From Geosiphon pyriformis uo1 (Eukaryota; Fungi; Glomeromycota): DNA of 64,000 nt. Each line of letters starts with the position of its first letter. The stretch's first letter is position 1. Location: assembly GCA_016748015.1 (NCBI GenBank), contig JAAOMT010000233.1, positions 128,452 through 192,451 on the forward strand, given 5' to 3'. The notes under the pieces are model-generated. The model was not told the origin of the DNA and searched no databases. It saw only the letters and a program-made list of their open reading frames with translations. Positions 24,981-37,676 of the stretch are shown in pieces. The position numbers and the translations under genes were made by a program.

Positions 24981-25688
24981 ATGATTATTCCCCGAAATAT
25001 TCAACAAATATCCCAAAAATTAATGTTAGCCTTGAAAACACTCCCTGACTTATCTATAACGATTAATGGAAGTCAAATTAAATACATTCAGAAAGAAACC
25101 ACAGCCCCAGTAGCAAATCATTTACAGAATTATCACCCCTATAGAAGAAAAACAAGAAGTCACTTTGAAAATAGATTACCAAGACTTTTGAAGCAGGCAC
25201 TAGAAGAAAATCTTTTAATTGCCCCTATTGACATTCCACCAAATGCTACAATACAACAAAAACTTTTACTACTTTTTAATAAACAGAACAATGAACACAC
25301 CCCTATCTATAAATACTTTCAAATTAAAAAAACACTTTATGAACGAAAACTGGTACTTGAAGCAACAAATCTCACTCCTAAAGTTATACAAAAACAAATC
25401 CACAATGAATTCAAAACAGCAGCTGAACCAACAAACACTCGCTACAAACTTAGAGCAGCTCTTAGACTCTATGACTTGTTTAATACTTGTGAAAATATTT
25501 TACAAAATCCAATACTGCAACCAATGAAAGTCCAATATATTGGCAAATTCACAGAACTGAAATTTCAACAATTTTCAGACCAGATTACTTCAATTATTTT
25601 AGATCACTATCTCAATATTACAGATAGTGCTTGGACTTTGACAGAGCTCAGTCTTGAGAAAGAGATTATGTTACCAGTAGAATTTTAG
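24981..25688 (+). CDS. ORF3, 235-aa accessory protein of unknown function, overlapping the PPT and 3' LTR start
   Basis: Intact ATG-to-TAG ORF with decayed homologues in A2, B1, B2 and L. No signal peptide or TM segment visible. Confidence 0.8.
   Translation: MIIPRNIQQISQKLMLALKTLPDLSITINGSQIKYIQKETTAPVANHLQNYHPYRRKTRSHFENRLPRLLKQALEENLLIAPIDIPPNATIQQKLLLLFNKQNNEHTPIYKYFQIKKTLYERKLVLEATNLTPKVIQKQIHNEFKTAAEPTNTRYKLRAALRLYDLFNTCENILQNPILQPMKVQYIGKFTELKFQQFSDQITSIILDHYLNITDSAWTLTELSLEKEIMLPVEF
25656..25668 (+). promoter_or_regulatory. Polypurine tract of A1
   Basis: GAGAAAGAGATTA directly before the 3' LTR. Confidence 0.8.
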
Positions 25689-26620
25689 CTATTAATTAGC
25701 ATGAAATTACCCTTATAATTCCTATAATTTATTAGTATATTAATATTATTTCAAATTATCATTTATTATTTAATCAATTATCACATATCACAATTCAATT
25801 AAGATAATCTAATTAATATAACAGAAAGTAGAATGATCAAATTACACAATACCCTGAACTTTGTAACATACAGAAATTCGCCGAAATTATGAATAGTTCA
25901 CCCAAATTAATCAATAGTTCAGCAAAATAACTTGTAGTTCATCAAAATGTATCTTTAGTTTGCCGAAATTTGAGCAAAGAGAAAAAGTGCAAGTTCATAG
26001 ACTAGTACTACAACAAGTTGTATAAAAGAAGAGCTTTTCTCTTCTGGAAAATGTATCTTACTTTAGATTTATCTCTTAAAACCGTTCCTATACACACAAA
26101 AAGAAATAAATATCAAATAATTCGAAAAAACCAAATTCTTTAATTATTGTACTTAGAAAAACCCCTAAAACCCAACTAACATTTCGAAATTGATTAGCTA
26201 CCAATTTCAGTAAACTGTTAGTGACTCCAGGCCTGGATAGAAAACGTTTCTCTTGACAAAATTCTATTTCTTTTACATTTTTTTTATTTTTCTTTTCTTT
26301 TCTTATTACAATCATTAGGGTAGCCTACAGACAAGATTCCTGTAGAAGAGTTGACTTTTACAGCAAAGTAACTATACATTTTAGTGAGCTTCCAGACGAA
26401 CAATTCCTGGGAAAGAGTTGACATTTACTACAACATAACTACATAAAGTAACTGGCAAGGAATTGGCCATTCCATTTATAAGCCTAGTAGTTCAAATTAT
26501 AGGAGATAATTTGAAGATAAATTCAGTTATTGGAGGTTCAACCACATCCAGAAAACGTAAATTCACAACAAACAGACATCAACAACATTTAAGAAAAGAG
26601 ACCAAAAATTTCCAGTAAAA
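25669..26620 (+). repeat. A1 3' LTR (952 bp)
   Basis: Direct repeat of 17022-18015 lacking two ~20-bp U3 repeat units; terminus decayed to CCAGTAAAA. Confidence 0.95.
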
Positions 26621-27137
26621 ATAGTAATATTTTTCAAGATAAAACTTCTTAAATTGTCTTTAATTTCATTAAAATTATGAGACATACTCTTCTTCCAAAT
26701 CCAAATATTCTGTTTATTATTAAAAACTATTATTTTATTGAGAAAAAACTTTTTTGGATCAACATAAGTTTCTTAGAATTCCAATAACAAAGATAATTAA
26801 AACAATTAATTGCCAAATATGCTGATATATTTGTCAAAAACAACAATAATCTTGGAAAAACTAATATTGTGCAGCATTAAATTTACATAGAAATTGCTTT
26901 ACCAAAATGTTAATAAGCTTATTAAGTCTTATTTGCTAGACACCAATACATTAAAAAAAAAGTACAACAAATACTTAACAATAGTTTCATCCAATTATTA
27001 AGAAGTTCCTGAGTCTTATCAATAGTTCTTATCAAAAAAAATAGAAAAATCAGATTTTGTGTAAATTATTATTAACTGAATAATATTATAATAAAAGATA
27101 CTTATATACTATTAAGAATTAATAACATGCTGGATGT
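26621..27137 (+). pseudogene. A2 continuation up to the start of RT
   Basis: Colinear with A1 22111-22630. Confidence 0.88.
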
Positions 27138-28162
27138 TGTTACAGATAAACTTGGTAGTATATGGTAATAATATTTGGTGCTTAAAATTTGGGGTTTTTA
27201 GGGAGCTTTTAATGGTTTTTTTTTGGTAGGCTCATTTATTGTGTCAATATTATCAGTTTCTGAAGATCTTTTAGATTGTTATGAATTTATCTGTAGAGTT
27301 CTTTAGTTATAAGGCACAGAGAGATGTTTTGTAGTATTGCAATGTCTTATATGTAAATATAAGCTATTTTTTCCAAGCTAATAAGCACAATTGTTAAGGT
27401 CTGATAGTGTCTTTTCACTCTTTTGATAAGCTACCAAAATAATGTTAATATTCAAATTTAGAAAGAGCTTCTTTCTTTTACTAGACTATTACAAAGTTTA
27501 TTTTTAGACAGTCAATTTTTCTATATTGTTACTCCACAAGAGAGAATTAAAAATAAAATAAAATAAAATAAAAAAATAAAATAAAAAATAAAAAAATAAA
27601 AAAAGATGAATTAGTATTGTCAATTGTCATGATCAAGAGTGATTGGTCCAGGTTATTAAGAGTTTGAGGCATTTATGCTAAGAGCATCTGTCCTGAAATA
27701 AAAAGATGAAACAAAGATTAGTTCAATTTAAATACAAGATAATTGATAACTATGTATCAAAAATTTTGTAGTTTTCAACTAAGTCTTTTATTTTTGTAAA
27801 ATGTAATAATTATAAGAAAAAGGAAAATTGATTCTTATTTGAATGTTTTTTTAACTTCTATAACTACTCATTTTTATACATTTTTTTTGGTTCTATAAGA
27901 TTGCTTTTTAATTGTTTTGTTTTTGCTAGTTATTACTTTGCTATTTCTGTTATCATTTTATTTTTCTATATTATTACTAGTTATCTTATGTTTTAACTAA
28001 TTATTTTATGTTATAATATATTATCAAATTTTGTATTATATTATTCTAAGTTATTATGTATTATTATGTATTCTTTTATGTTATTCTGTCCTATTTTATG
28101 TTGTTATGTTTTTGGTTACATTTTCTCTATAACTTTGGATTGGTTTTTCTATTTAGGTAACA
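27138..28162 (-). repeat. B1 3' LTR
   Basis: TGTTAC...GGTAACA, direct repeat of 46983-47994. Confidence 0.9.
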
Positions 28163-31100
28163 TTATCCCTCTTTTTTTAGAATTGAGCTTTTGCAAAATT
28201 ATATCTATCTGTAATAATTGTATTTTCTGTTTAGTATTTGATTGTTGTATCAAATATTGCTTTTTGTAGGTTTTTAAACTGTGTATTCATTATTTATTCT
28301 ATGTTGTTGACCATAATAGTTGTTAATAAGCTGTCTAATAGTACAGCTAAACAGTATTTGAATGCTGAATATAAACAATATGCTGTTTTGTAATTCAGTA
28401 TTAGGTTGCTTCTTTCTACAAATTTTTCTACTTGTTTAAGGGCCACTTTGTTGAATGTCTAATGGTTGTAGTTTTTGTATAATGTGCTCAATCTTAGTTG
28501 TTTACTAATCTTATAAAACCAATAGACTAGTGGAAGTTTTTCTTTCCATATTCTGGTATTGTATAGTGTCCATTTTTCTGTTGCTGGTTCTTTAGTTATC
28601 CTACTTAAAGCTTTTTTGATTTCTTTGAGCTTTATATGACATGTATCTATTTTTGTTACTTTCTTTCTCTTTTTATTTGTGTGGAGTTTTCTTTCAACAT
28701 ATCTTTTTTTTTTTTGCCCTCTTTTTTTTTTTAATTATTGTGTAGAGCACTAATTACCAGAATAAAGAGTCATTCATAGGGATGAGATTGTTCAGTTTTA
28801 ATTGAACTTTTACTCACCTCTTTTCTGTTTTTGTCTTTGTATCATATCTCTTTTTTATCAATTGTAATTTCTATTTGAATCATAGAGTATTGAATTGCAT
28901 CAAATAGTTGTTTCAAAAGTTGTAAAATTAGATTTAATAGGTTTATGTTACAAGTTTTATTGATTTATTCTTGTTGTTTTAATGATTATATATACTTAAA
29001 TTTTCCAATTAAATAGTTGTGTATCAATTATGTTTTGATAATAATAATTAGTTCTAGATTTTGTAGTATATTTTCAGGTCTAATTAATCAAATTTGTATT
29101 TTTAGTTGAGATATGAATAACAATAACTCTTGTTTTGTATGATAAATTTTTAACCAATTTTCATGTGCTATTTTTTTTAAAATTTTGTTTTCCAATTGTA
29201 ATTTGTAAGCTCTGTTGCCTAAAACTTTGTGTATGTGGAATAAACTGTCCTATTTTGGATCAAACTTTCCACTCCACTGTTTCTCAACTTTTGTACAATA
29301 CAATAGTACTTGGTCTCTAATTTTAAATTCTATTGGTTGTTTAGGTAGACAGTTATCATATCTTTCTTTTTGTTATTTTTAAGCATTACTAATGTTATCA
29401 GCTGCTGTTTTGCAATTGTCTTCCAATGTTTTTATGAGCTAGTATATTCTTTGGTACAAGATAGCTTCAAAATTTTTTTTGGTGATTACTTTTGTTAGAT
29501 AAAACAGTATTTCTCATTCAATAGATAAAGTGGCTTTTCTTTTATAGACTAATTCAAATAATATGAACTGAATCATATCTTGTTTTAATGTTCAGTATAT
29601 AAATAATATGAAAGATATAAATAAGTCTCATTCTTGTGCATTTTCATAGCATATTTTTGCTAATGCTTCACACAACATCTAGTTAAATTGTTCTACCAGT
29701 CTATTTGTTTGTGAGTAATATGATAACAATAAGGATCCTTTTTATTTCAAACTATTGGCTTAGTTCAGTTAATATACTATTGACAAAGTGAGTTTTTTGG
29801 TCTGATAATAATTTTTTTAGGCATTTATGTTGGCAAATTAAGTATTAATGTACAAATTCAGTTACTGTTTTAACATTGGTCACTTAGATTGCTTTGGTTT
29901 CTGGCTATTTTATAAGATAGTCTATTACTATGGCTATATAATGATTTTTTTGGATGTAATTGAGAGAAAACCAACCAAATTGCTTCTAATTTTATCAAAT
30001 AGATTTTTAATTAGAATGAATCAAAGTAGTTCTATTGATTTTGTTTCTCCTCTTTTTTGGCAAGAGTCACAATTGAGCATGTATTCGACAATATCTTTAT
30101 ATATTATTGGCCAATAGTATTAGTTTATGGTTTTTTCTAGAGTAGTGTTTTTGTTGAAATGTTCTGCAGTTGGATCAAAATGCATATTATGTAAAATAGT
30201 TTTTTTTATTGTCTTTTATAATTTATTATAAAGTGGTACAGTTTTAATATTCTTGACAATATAGTTAGTTATTTTGAATAAAGTATATTTAAACATGTTT
30301 TTGTATAATATTCTGTTTCTGTTGAAGTAAAATCTCTTTAAACTGAAGTGTTAATAAGTACTTATATAATTGCTAATAAGTAATTGTATCTATAGATTTG
30401 AGACTAGACTTGTGTTATCTTTGACAAGCTGTTAGAATTAGCATTTTTGAATCTTTTTTTGTAATGAACTTTGTATAGAAATTGTTGCAGATAAGTATTC
30501 CATCACACATATTTTTCTTCTGATTGTGATTTGTTAAATAACTAAATAAGCTCTTTATAATTGGTTAAGATAATGTTTTCAAGTATATATGGCTTAATAG
30601 ATGGCAAGACATTCCAAATCCATTGCATTGTATATTTTCTCTGCTGAATTTGTGCTATAACTAGCATATACAATTGAATATTTTCTGTTGTCTAATTCAA
30701 TTTGGAACAGAACTACTCCTAATGCATTTTTCAAGACATCTGTTGCAATCATAAACTTTTTGTTGAAGTTGGAGTAGATTAAAATTGGTGCTATAATCAA
30801 TTGTTATTTGAGATAATTAAATGCTTCTTGCTGTTTTTTCTCTAAAAATATGGCACATGTTTCAATAGTAAGTAGTAGAAAGATTTGGCAATATCTGAAA
30901 ATTTTTTAACAAACCAATAATAGTATTCAACCAGTCCTAAGAATCCTTTTAGTTCTTGTAAATTAGTTGGAACATTGATATTGTCCAGATATACTATGAC
31001 TGATTTTCATAGAATTCTTTTATACATAATATTCATTAGTTATTAAAAGGTAGTAGAAGTGTTGCAAAATCCAAAAAGCATTATATTGAACTCAAAATTT

Positions 31101-34100
31101 CTATCTTGTATGGTAAATACCATTTTTTTTTGTATTTTGGATCTATTTCGACTTGCTAATATCTGTTGACAAAATCTAAAGATGAGAATTATTTCTTCTT
31201 AAATTGTTCAAAATTTTTTGAATGAGTGAAGTGGAATAACTATCTTCATAAGTAATATTATTTAGTTTCCAATAATCTATACAAAACGTTATCTTTTCAT
31301 TTTTTTTTATAACTAATACAATTAAAAAGAACCAAGAGTTTAACAATTCTTTGATCAGATTATTGTCAAATATTCATTGTACCTCTTGTTTGATTAGATT
31401 ATTGCCTATTGGATTTACTTTATAGATTTATTGTTTAATAGGTTGCATGTTTTTCATGTCAATCTGGTGTTTAATAATATTGGTGTATCTGAACTTATTT
31501 TTACTGGCAAAAACATCAGCATACTAATTTAAAAGAACCTTGAGTTGTATTTGCTGTAGAGTACTTAAGTTTCCTAAATTTAATTTGTTAATTTCTTCCA
31601 ATGTAAACAAGTAACTTTTTTTTAACAGTATTACTCATAAAAAAAACATACAAGAAAAATAATAGAAAAAAACAGATAGATCAATAGGAAAATAGTATCT
31701 AATACATAAGCATATTGCTTAGCAATATGAAACAATATCAGAAAATCATAACACATTGCTTAAGAAATTATAGCACATTGCTCAGAAATATAAGCAATCT
31801 CATAGAACCCAAATTATATATATATAACAAGAGTGTTAAAAGCAGAAAAGACAGAATTCTCAGCTATAATCAATATCAAGATTTGACAGAATAGAATCAG
31901 CAATATCAATAAAATAACTATTTACCATTCAAATTACTTTTCTCACTATTAACACTACATATTAATAGTATTTAATACTTAATTGTATTGGAAAAATAGC
32001 TCTTGATTATGGCTATTGATATGATATTAACTTTTTATTGCCTTGGCTTATTTTTTATTTTTATTTTTATTTTTTTTATTTTTTTTTTATTTTTGTTTAT
32101 TGTTGTATACTAATTGATTAAAAATTAAGCACTGAATTATTGATGTCAAGAATAGTCTGGTAAAAGATCTATGAAACAAGGATAGAAAACTCAAAAATTG
32201 AGGATAGCTTACTAAAAAGACACAACTGCCAGAATAAACTGGCTATCATGCTAAAGAAAAAAATTTGATGGAATTGTGATTCCAAAAAACTACTGAAACA
32301 ACACTTGAATTTCTGTCCTTTATACAAAAAACTTAACCAAACCTTCAAATAACCAAAATCTTCAGATATCACTAACTGTATCAGCTATTGAGCATCAATT
32401 TATGGATTTATTATTTGATTTGAGACTCCAAATAATCACTTATAACAACAGGTTCTATATTTGTGAGGTAATATTACAAAATAAGAATAATTGTGTAAAA
32501 TCTGGAATGAATTAAAATTTTTTTGGATTCTAAATGTCTGGAAATATAGAACCAACAAGAATTTTTTTTGGAATTTCAATAATATTTTTAGTGTGATTAT
32601 AGATGGGGATTTTTAAATGTTTATAAGCTTTAATTAATATATACAGATTGGCTATGTTAGTTAGAAAGCAGATTTCTGAATTGGCTTCAAATAATATGAC
32701 TTGATCTTGGATTTTTCTTTTTATTTTAAAAATGTATTGTCAATATGAAGGAATAGAGATAATTGTGTCTATGTATATTAATTCTATCTGATTACTGTCT
32801 TTTTTGATAAAGTTGACAGATACATTTTCTCTTTTCCTTAATCTAAATCTATTAATTACTCTGGCAGAGAGACCTAATTCTTTACATATAGTAACTGAAG
32901 TTAATTGGGATATTTTTATGAAAGGCAGAAAAATAACTTGAGCAATCTTTTTTTGTAGCTCAATTTTGTAAGATCAGTTTGAATTAATTTGTAACATTAT
33001 GATGATATTTTCTGTGTATTTAGCATTAATAATTCTTCTTTTTACATTGATTTTTTCTTGGCCAGATTAGATTGAAATGTGACTTGTATTATTGTATTGA
33101 GAGGAATTTTTAAGACTATTTTTAGGTCTATTGTTACAAAAAAATATGGAGCTATAACTATGAGTTATTGTCCAGAGTATTTTAAGTCAAAACCAGTATT
33201 AGTTTTGTCTGTTTTCTTGGGACATATTTTCTTATAGTTGTTATTATATCATTTTAACTTTAATTTTTTAGAGAGATTAAGGTAGACAAGATATTGTTCT
33301 ATTTTAGCAGTCTTATTTGGCTCTTAAAATGACATGTATTTGGTAACTAATTCATAATTTTCATTAGGTTTTGATAATTTTATGATAAGATATAACTTCT
33401 TTAGAAACAAATTGAATAAAAAATTACACACATTGCAGTACTGAAAATGGCAAGAGATTAGACAATGATTGCACAGCTTTATATTGAGATTAACTAGTCT
33501 TTGCTCCTATTTTTCTTGGGTAGGAGTTAATTCTTGGTATTGGTTTTGGAATGCTTTTGAATTATCTGTAAATAGTTTATCTATTTTTTTAATAATAACA
33601 AGAGCATTTTTAATGGCATATATTTTTTCAATAGTGGCTTTCTCATATTTTGCTAAGGCCATTTCTCAGATTTTTTCTTTATTATAAAAATAGTTTTCCA
33701 GTTAGTTCATTGCCCATTAATACACTGCAGCAAACAGAGTTTCTTTTCGCATCCAGTTGTTGATCAAGGTAATATACTAATAAAACTTATCACAAGTTCT
33801 TTTTTTTCCAAAAACATCATTCTATAAACCTTCATTGAGTAGAATTTCACTATATGTAAGACAAAAAGTATTGTCCTATTTGCTCTGCTACTTTGGCTGT
33901 CCGAATTTTTCTAACACATATAGTTGACAATAATATTTTGTGACAGTCAGCCAAATTTTATTATTTCCAATGCAAGCAGTCATTAAAGATAATTTCTTTC
34001 CACAATCAACACAGATTAGTTTTAGAGGTCAGTATGGTTAATTTCTTTGATGTAGTATTTGGTAAATTGGTAGTAAAACCTAATGTTTTTTATCAGTCTT

Positions 34101-36639
34101 TCTCTTTCTTTTATCTTCCCAAGTGGAAATTGGTAGAAGCTTTGTTCAAAAATTATCCACCCAAAAAATCTGGTATGTTTTTAAGATTGGTTGAGAAATT
34201 GGTTCATTGAATTTGATTAATGGTTGTTCTGAGATTGCTATTTAGAAGTGTCTGTATATTGTGAATATTCAAGTGTGTTGTTCTTTAAAAGTAATTTGGA
34301 GCTCTTGTGTGTTTTAGTTTAAAGTAGCATGGGCTTTATTAGTCAATCATTTCTTATAAGAGCTTAATATTAAATAGCTTCTATAATAAAGACTTTAGTA
34401 GATATTTGAATTCTGTTAATTTCAAAAGAAAAATTGTTGATCTCTCCTATTAAGGTCTTGGTATTTTCATCTACTGTGATAATTCAGGCAGTAGCTGCTT
34501 AATTTACTTGGTAACCTAATTGATCCATGAGTTTTTTCATAATTATGCTATTTGCAGATCCACTGTTGAGTATCAATTTAATGTTTATTTCTTTTACTTG
34601 AACATTAGTATACATTATCGTGATTAGTTTGTTCTGGTTAATAGTGGCTCTACTAAAAAAATTATTAGTATTGTTTAGACTATTAATGTCAAAAAAAATA
34701 TAGTGGCCAGAGTAGTGTCTTTTATAATGATAGCAGATGGAATAATGGTAGTAGTTAAGATAGTTTTTGGAGTCAAAGAATTGGAAAGTCTGCCTATATT
34801 TTTTTTTCTAAAGGTGTAGTATTACCAAAATTCAGAATTTTGGTGAGACTAAAATACAAAGCTTAATTGGGATATCTGATTGGTGTTGGTTAAGATGTTA
34901 TGTTGCTATGATTGATTGGTCGAAATGGCCTATTAATAAGTTGTAGTTAATTTCCACTGATGTTTTGCCATCTTTGATTGTAGTCAATTGCTTGTGGTTT
35001 TAGTTGACTATATATAGAGTTTTAATACTAAGGTGCTGACTGAGTCATTGTTAATAGTAGCTGATAGTAATTCTGAGGCATTTGTTGTAAGTACTATAGC
35101 AGTTAATATTGAGGAGCTGAGTATTATGGTCTTATGGTTTAAGGATATTTTGGTTGTTGGTAATATTAATTTTCCCAGTTTTGGCTAATTACTTTCTTTT
35201 AGCAATCCTAAGCAACATGTCCAGATTTTTGACAGTAGTAACAGCTATAGGGATCTGATCTCCAGAGTTGTTGTTGTTGTTAATGATTCTATTATGGTTA
35301 ATATCTGTTTTTGTTGTTGTTGTTTTTTCATTGGGGCAGCTGATAAGTTTCTGTAGTACTGACTAAGAATCTCTCAATTTTCTGAGTTAATTTTTCACTT
35401 AATTGGATAAGCTTTTTGTTAATATTAGAAGTTCTATTGATGACCAAATTAATGACTTAAGTGTGATTGGTTTTTTATTTTGCTAATTCAAAGTTATGAG
35501 CAAAAAAAACTGCTTCTTGTAAGTTTGTTGGGTGTCAGAGTTTTATTCATTGTAGAATGTTATTTTTTAATCCTTTAATAAATTGATTAAGAATTTGTCC
35601 AAGTGTGTAATAGTTCTTCTCAATTACTTAAATCTATTGGAAAATTTGATTAAATTATTTAAGATAAGTGGTTACAGCTTCATAATCTTTCTGTTTTACT
35701 ATGCTAAACTGATTTTGTGATCTGATGAGTGTATTAGAGTTGTAAAAATATTGCAAAAAAGCAAGTTTGAAAGCAGCAAAGTTAGTTGGTTTTTCTTTGA
35801 GACTTTGGTATCATGAATCTGTTATTTCCATCAGAAAAAAAGACAATGCTTAAATTGTTCTGTTATTATCTCAATTGTTGGTAGTAATTGCTTTCTTGGC
35901 TTCTATAATCCAAGAATATGTATTATCTTTCTTTCTAGAAAATTTCTCAAGCCTAGTGATATCTTGATAAGCCATGTTTTAATTAATTGGAGATAGTTTA
36001 TTGGTTGAGACTAAGAGAATTGATGATAGGGTATTATATTGTTCTTTGGGTGTTAATGCTGGTTGTTTTTTTTTGTTGAGACTAATAAGTAGCAAGATAG
36101 CTGTTTTTTCTGTAAAAGTAATTGCTAACTTTGTTAGAAGCTGTGCTAATGGTAGTATCTAAGAAGATGTGCTTCTGCCAAGTTGGCTGGCTATTGAAAT
36201 AAGATTCTTAAATAATAATTTGTATTTTTCCAGAGATTTTGTCCAAAAATTATTATTATAACTCCAAAAGTACAGAGTTCCAGAAGTTCTTGAAGTTTTT
36301 ATTTATGTTTCTGTAAGTTGGTTGAATAAAATTCTACTTTCTGGTGTCTGATAGTATAATAAAGTAATTGATAAGAAGAATCTTGACTTTTTGTTGACTG
36401 TAGGTCAAGCTTGTTTTTGTGCAGCTATTGTATTATCAGATTTGAACTTAGATTCTGTAAAGTCAGACTTTACTATTTGTCTTCTTTTTACTTAAAAGTA
36501 CTATTGTGTTATGTATTTCTCAATTTCTCTATCAATTATACAAAGAGTCTCAGCTATGACTTGAGTAATGGTTTTTGTTGAGTATATCAATAATTTTTGG
36601 TGTATCTGTTCTCTAATTTTTTCTGTGTTTATTGCTTGG
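28163..36639 (-). pseudogene. B1 internal region: ORF3 (~28163-28946), integrase (~29030-30393), RH/RT (30404-~31450, internal deletion), dUTPase (~32830-33260), Cys-rich region, PR, gag
   Basis: Colinear with B2. Motifs: IATDVLKNALG, AKYTENIII (decayed dUTPase motif III), LNSGSA, CYYCQKSGHVA*DC. Confidence 0.85.
31629..32447 (+). repeat. Solo LTR, family L, inside B1
   Basis: TATTAC...TATAACA with TSD ACAG at 31625-31628 and 32448-32451. The flanks rejoin to match B2 ~41300. Confidence 0.9.
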
Positions 36640-37676
36640 TATTATGGGTAAACTTGGTAAAATAGAGAAATGGTAATGTTTAGTGCTCTTAAGTATTGGT
36701 AATGTGTGTTTCATGTAATTTTAGTGGCTTAATTTTTAATTATCAGTTTCTAAAAGTCTTATTTTACTGGTTGTGAATTTACTTATTAAGTTTTTTGGTT
36801 ATAAAGTATAGAGTTTTGATTTTCACTAATTGCAACTTTTTATAAAGATGAGCTTTCTTCTCTGAGCTAATAAATGCAGTCATTAGGATCTAGTGTTGTC
36901 TTTTTGTCCTTTTGGTAAGCTATCAAGATAATATTAATATCTAAATACTTAGGAGGAGCTTTTTTCTTTTACCAAGCTATTATAAAGTCTATTTCCAGAC
37001 AGTCAATTTTACTATGTTGCCACTCCATAAGAGAAAAATAAAAAAAGAAAAAAAAAAGAAAAAAAATAAAAAAAATAAAAGAAAAGATAAATTAGTATCA
37101 TCAATTGCCATGATCAAGAGCAATTGGTCCAAATCATTAATAGTTCGAGGTGGTTATACTAAGAGCATCTGTCTTGGAATAAAGATACAAAACAATGATT
37201 AATTCACATAAATTTCACAAAGTTTGAAAACATAAATTTGTGATTCTGATTTCTTAATAATTGATTTATTTCAGAAGATAAATATGGAATATAATAAATA
37301 ATGAAAGAATATAGATATTTGATTCTTGTCTAGAAATTTGTATCTAAATGTTTTTCTATTTTCTTCAACTATTTGTTTTTATATATTTTTTTGGTTTTAT
37401 AGAATTGTTTTTTGATTGTTCTGTATTTGCTAACTATTGCTTTGCTATTTCTGTAATTGCTTTGTTCTTTTACATTAATACTAGTTATCCTATGTTATAA
37501 TATATTATCTGGTATTATTACATATTATTCTGTATTATTATATGTTATAATACATTATTCTGTATTATCTTTAGTTATAATGCATTTTCTAATGTTATTG
37601 TGTACTATTCTGTGTTATGTCACATTTTGGTCATATTTCTTTATAACTTTGGATCAGTTTTTCTACTTGGATAATA

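Larger units (their letters stand above)
17022..26620 (+). mobile_element. A1: full-length Ty3/Gypsy LTR retrotransposon nested in A2
   Basis: Two LTRs, PBS, PPT, domain order PR-RT-RH-IN, TSD ATAG at 17018-17021 and 26621-26624. The flanks rejoin to give continuous A2 sequence. Confidence 0.95.

Noticed and set aside
24981-25688. ORF3 as env
   Set aside because: No signal peptide, TM anchor or fusion-protein features, and it is short.
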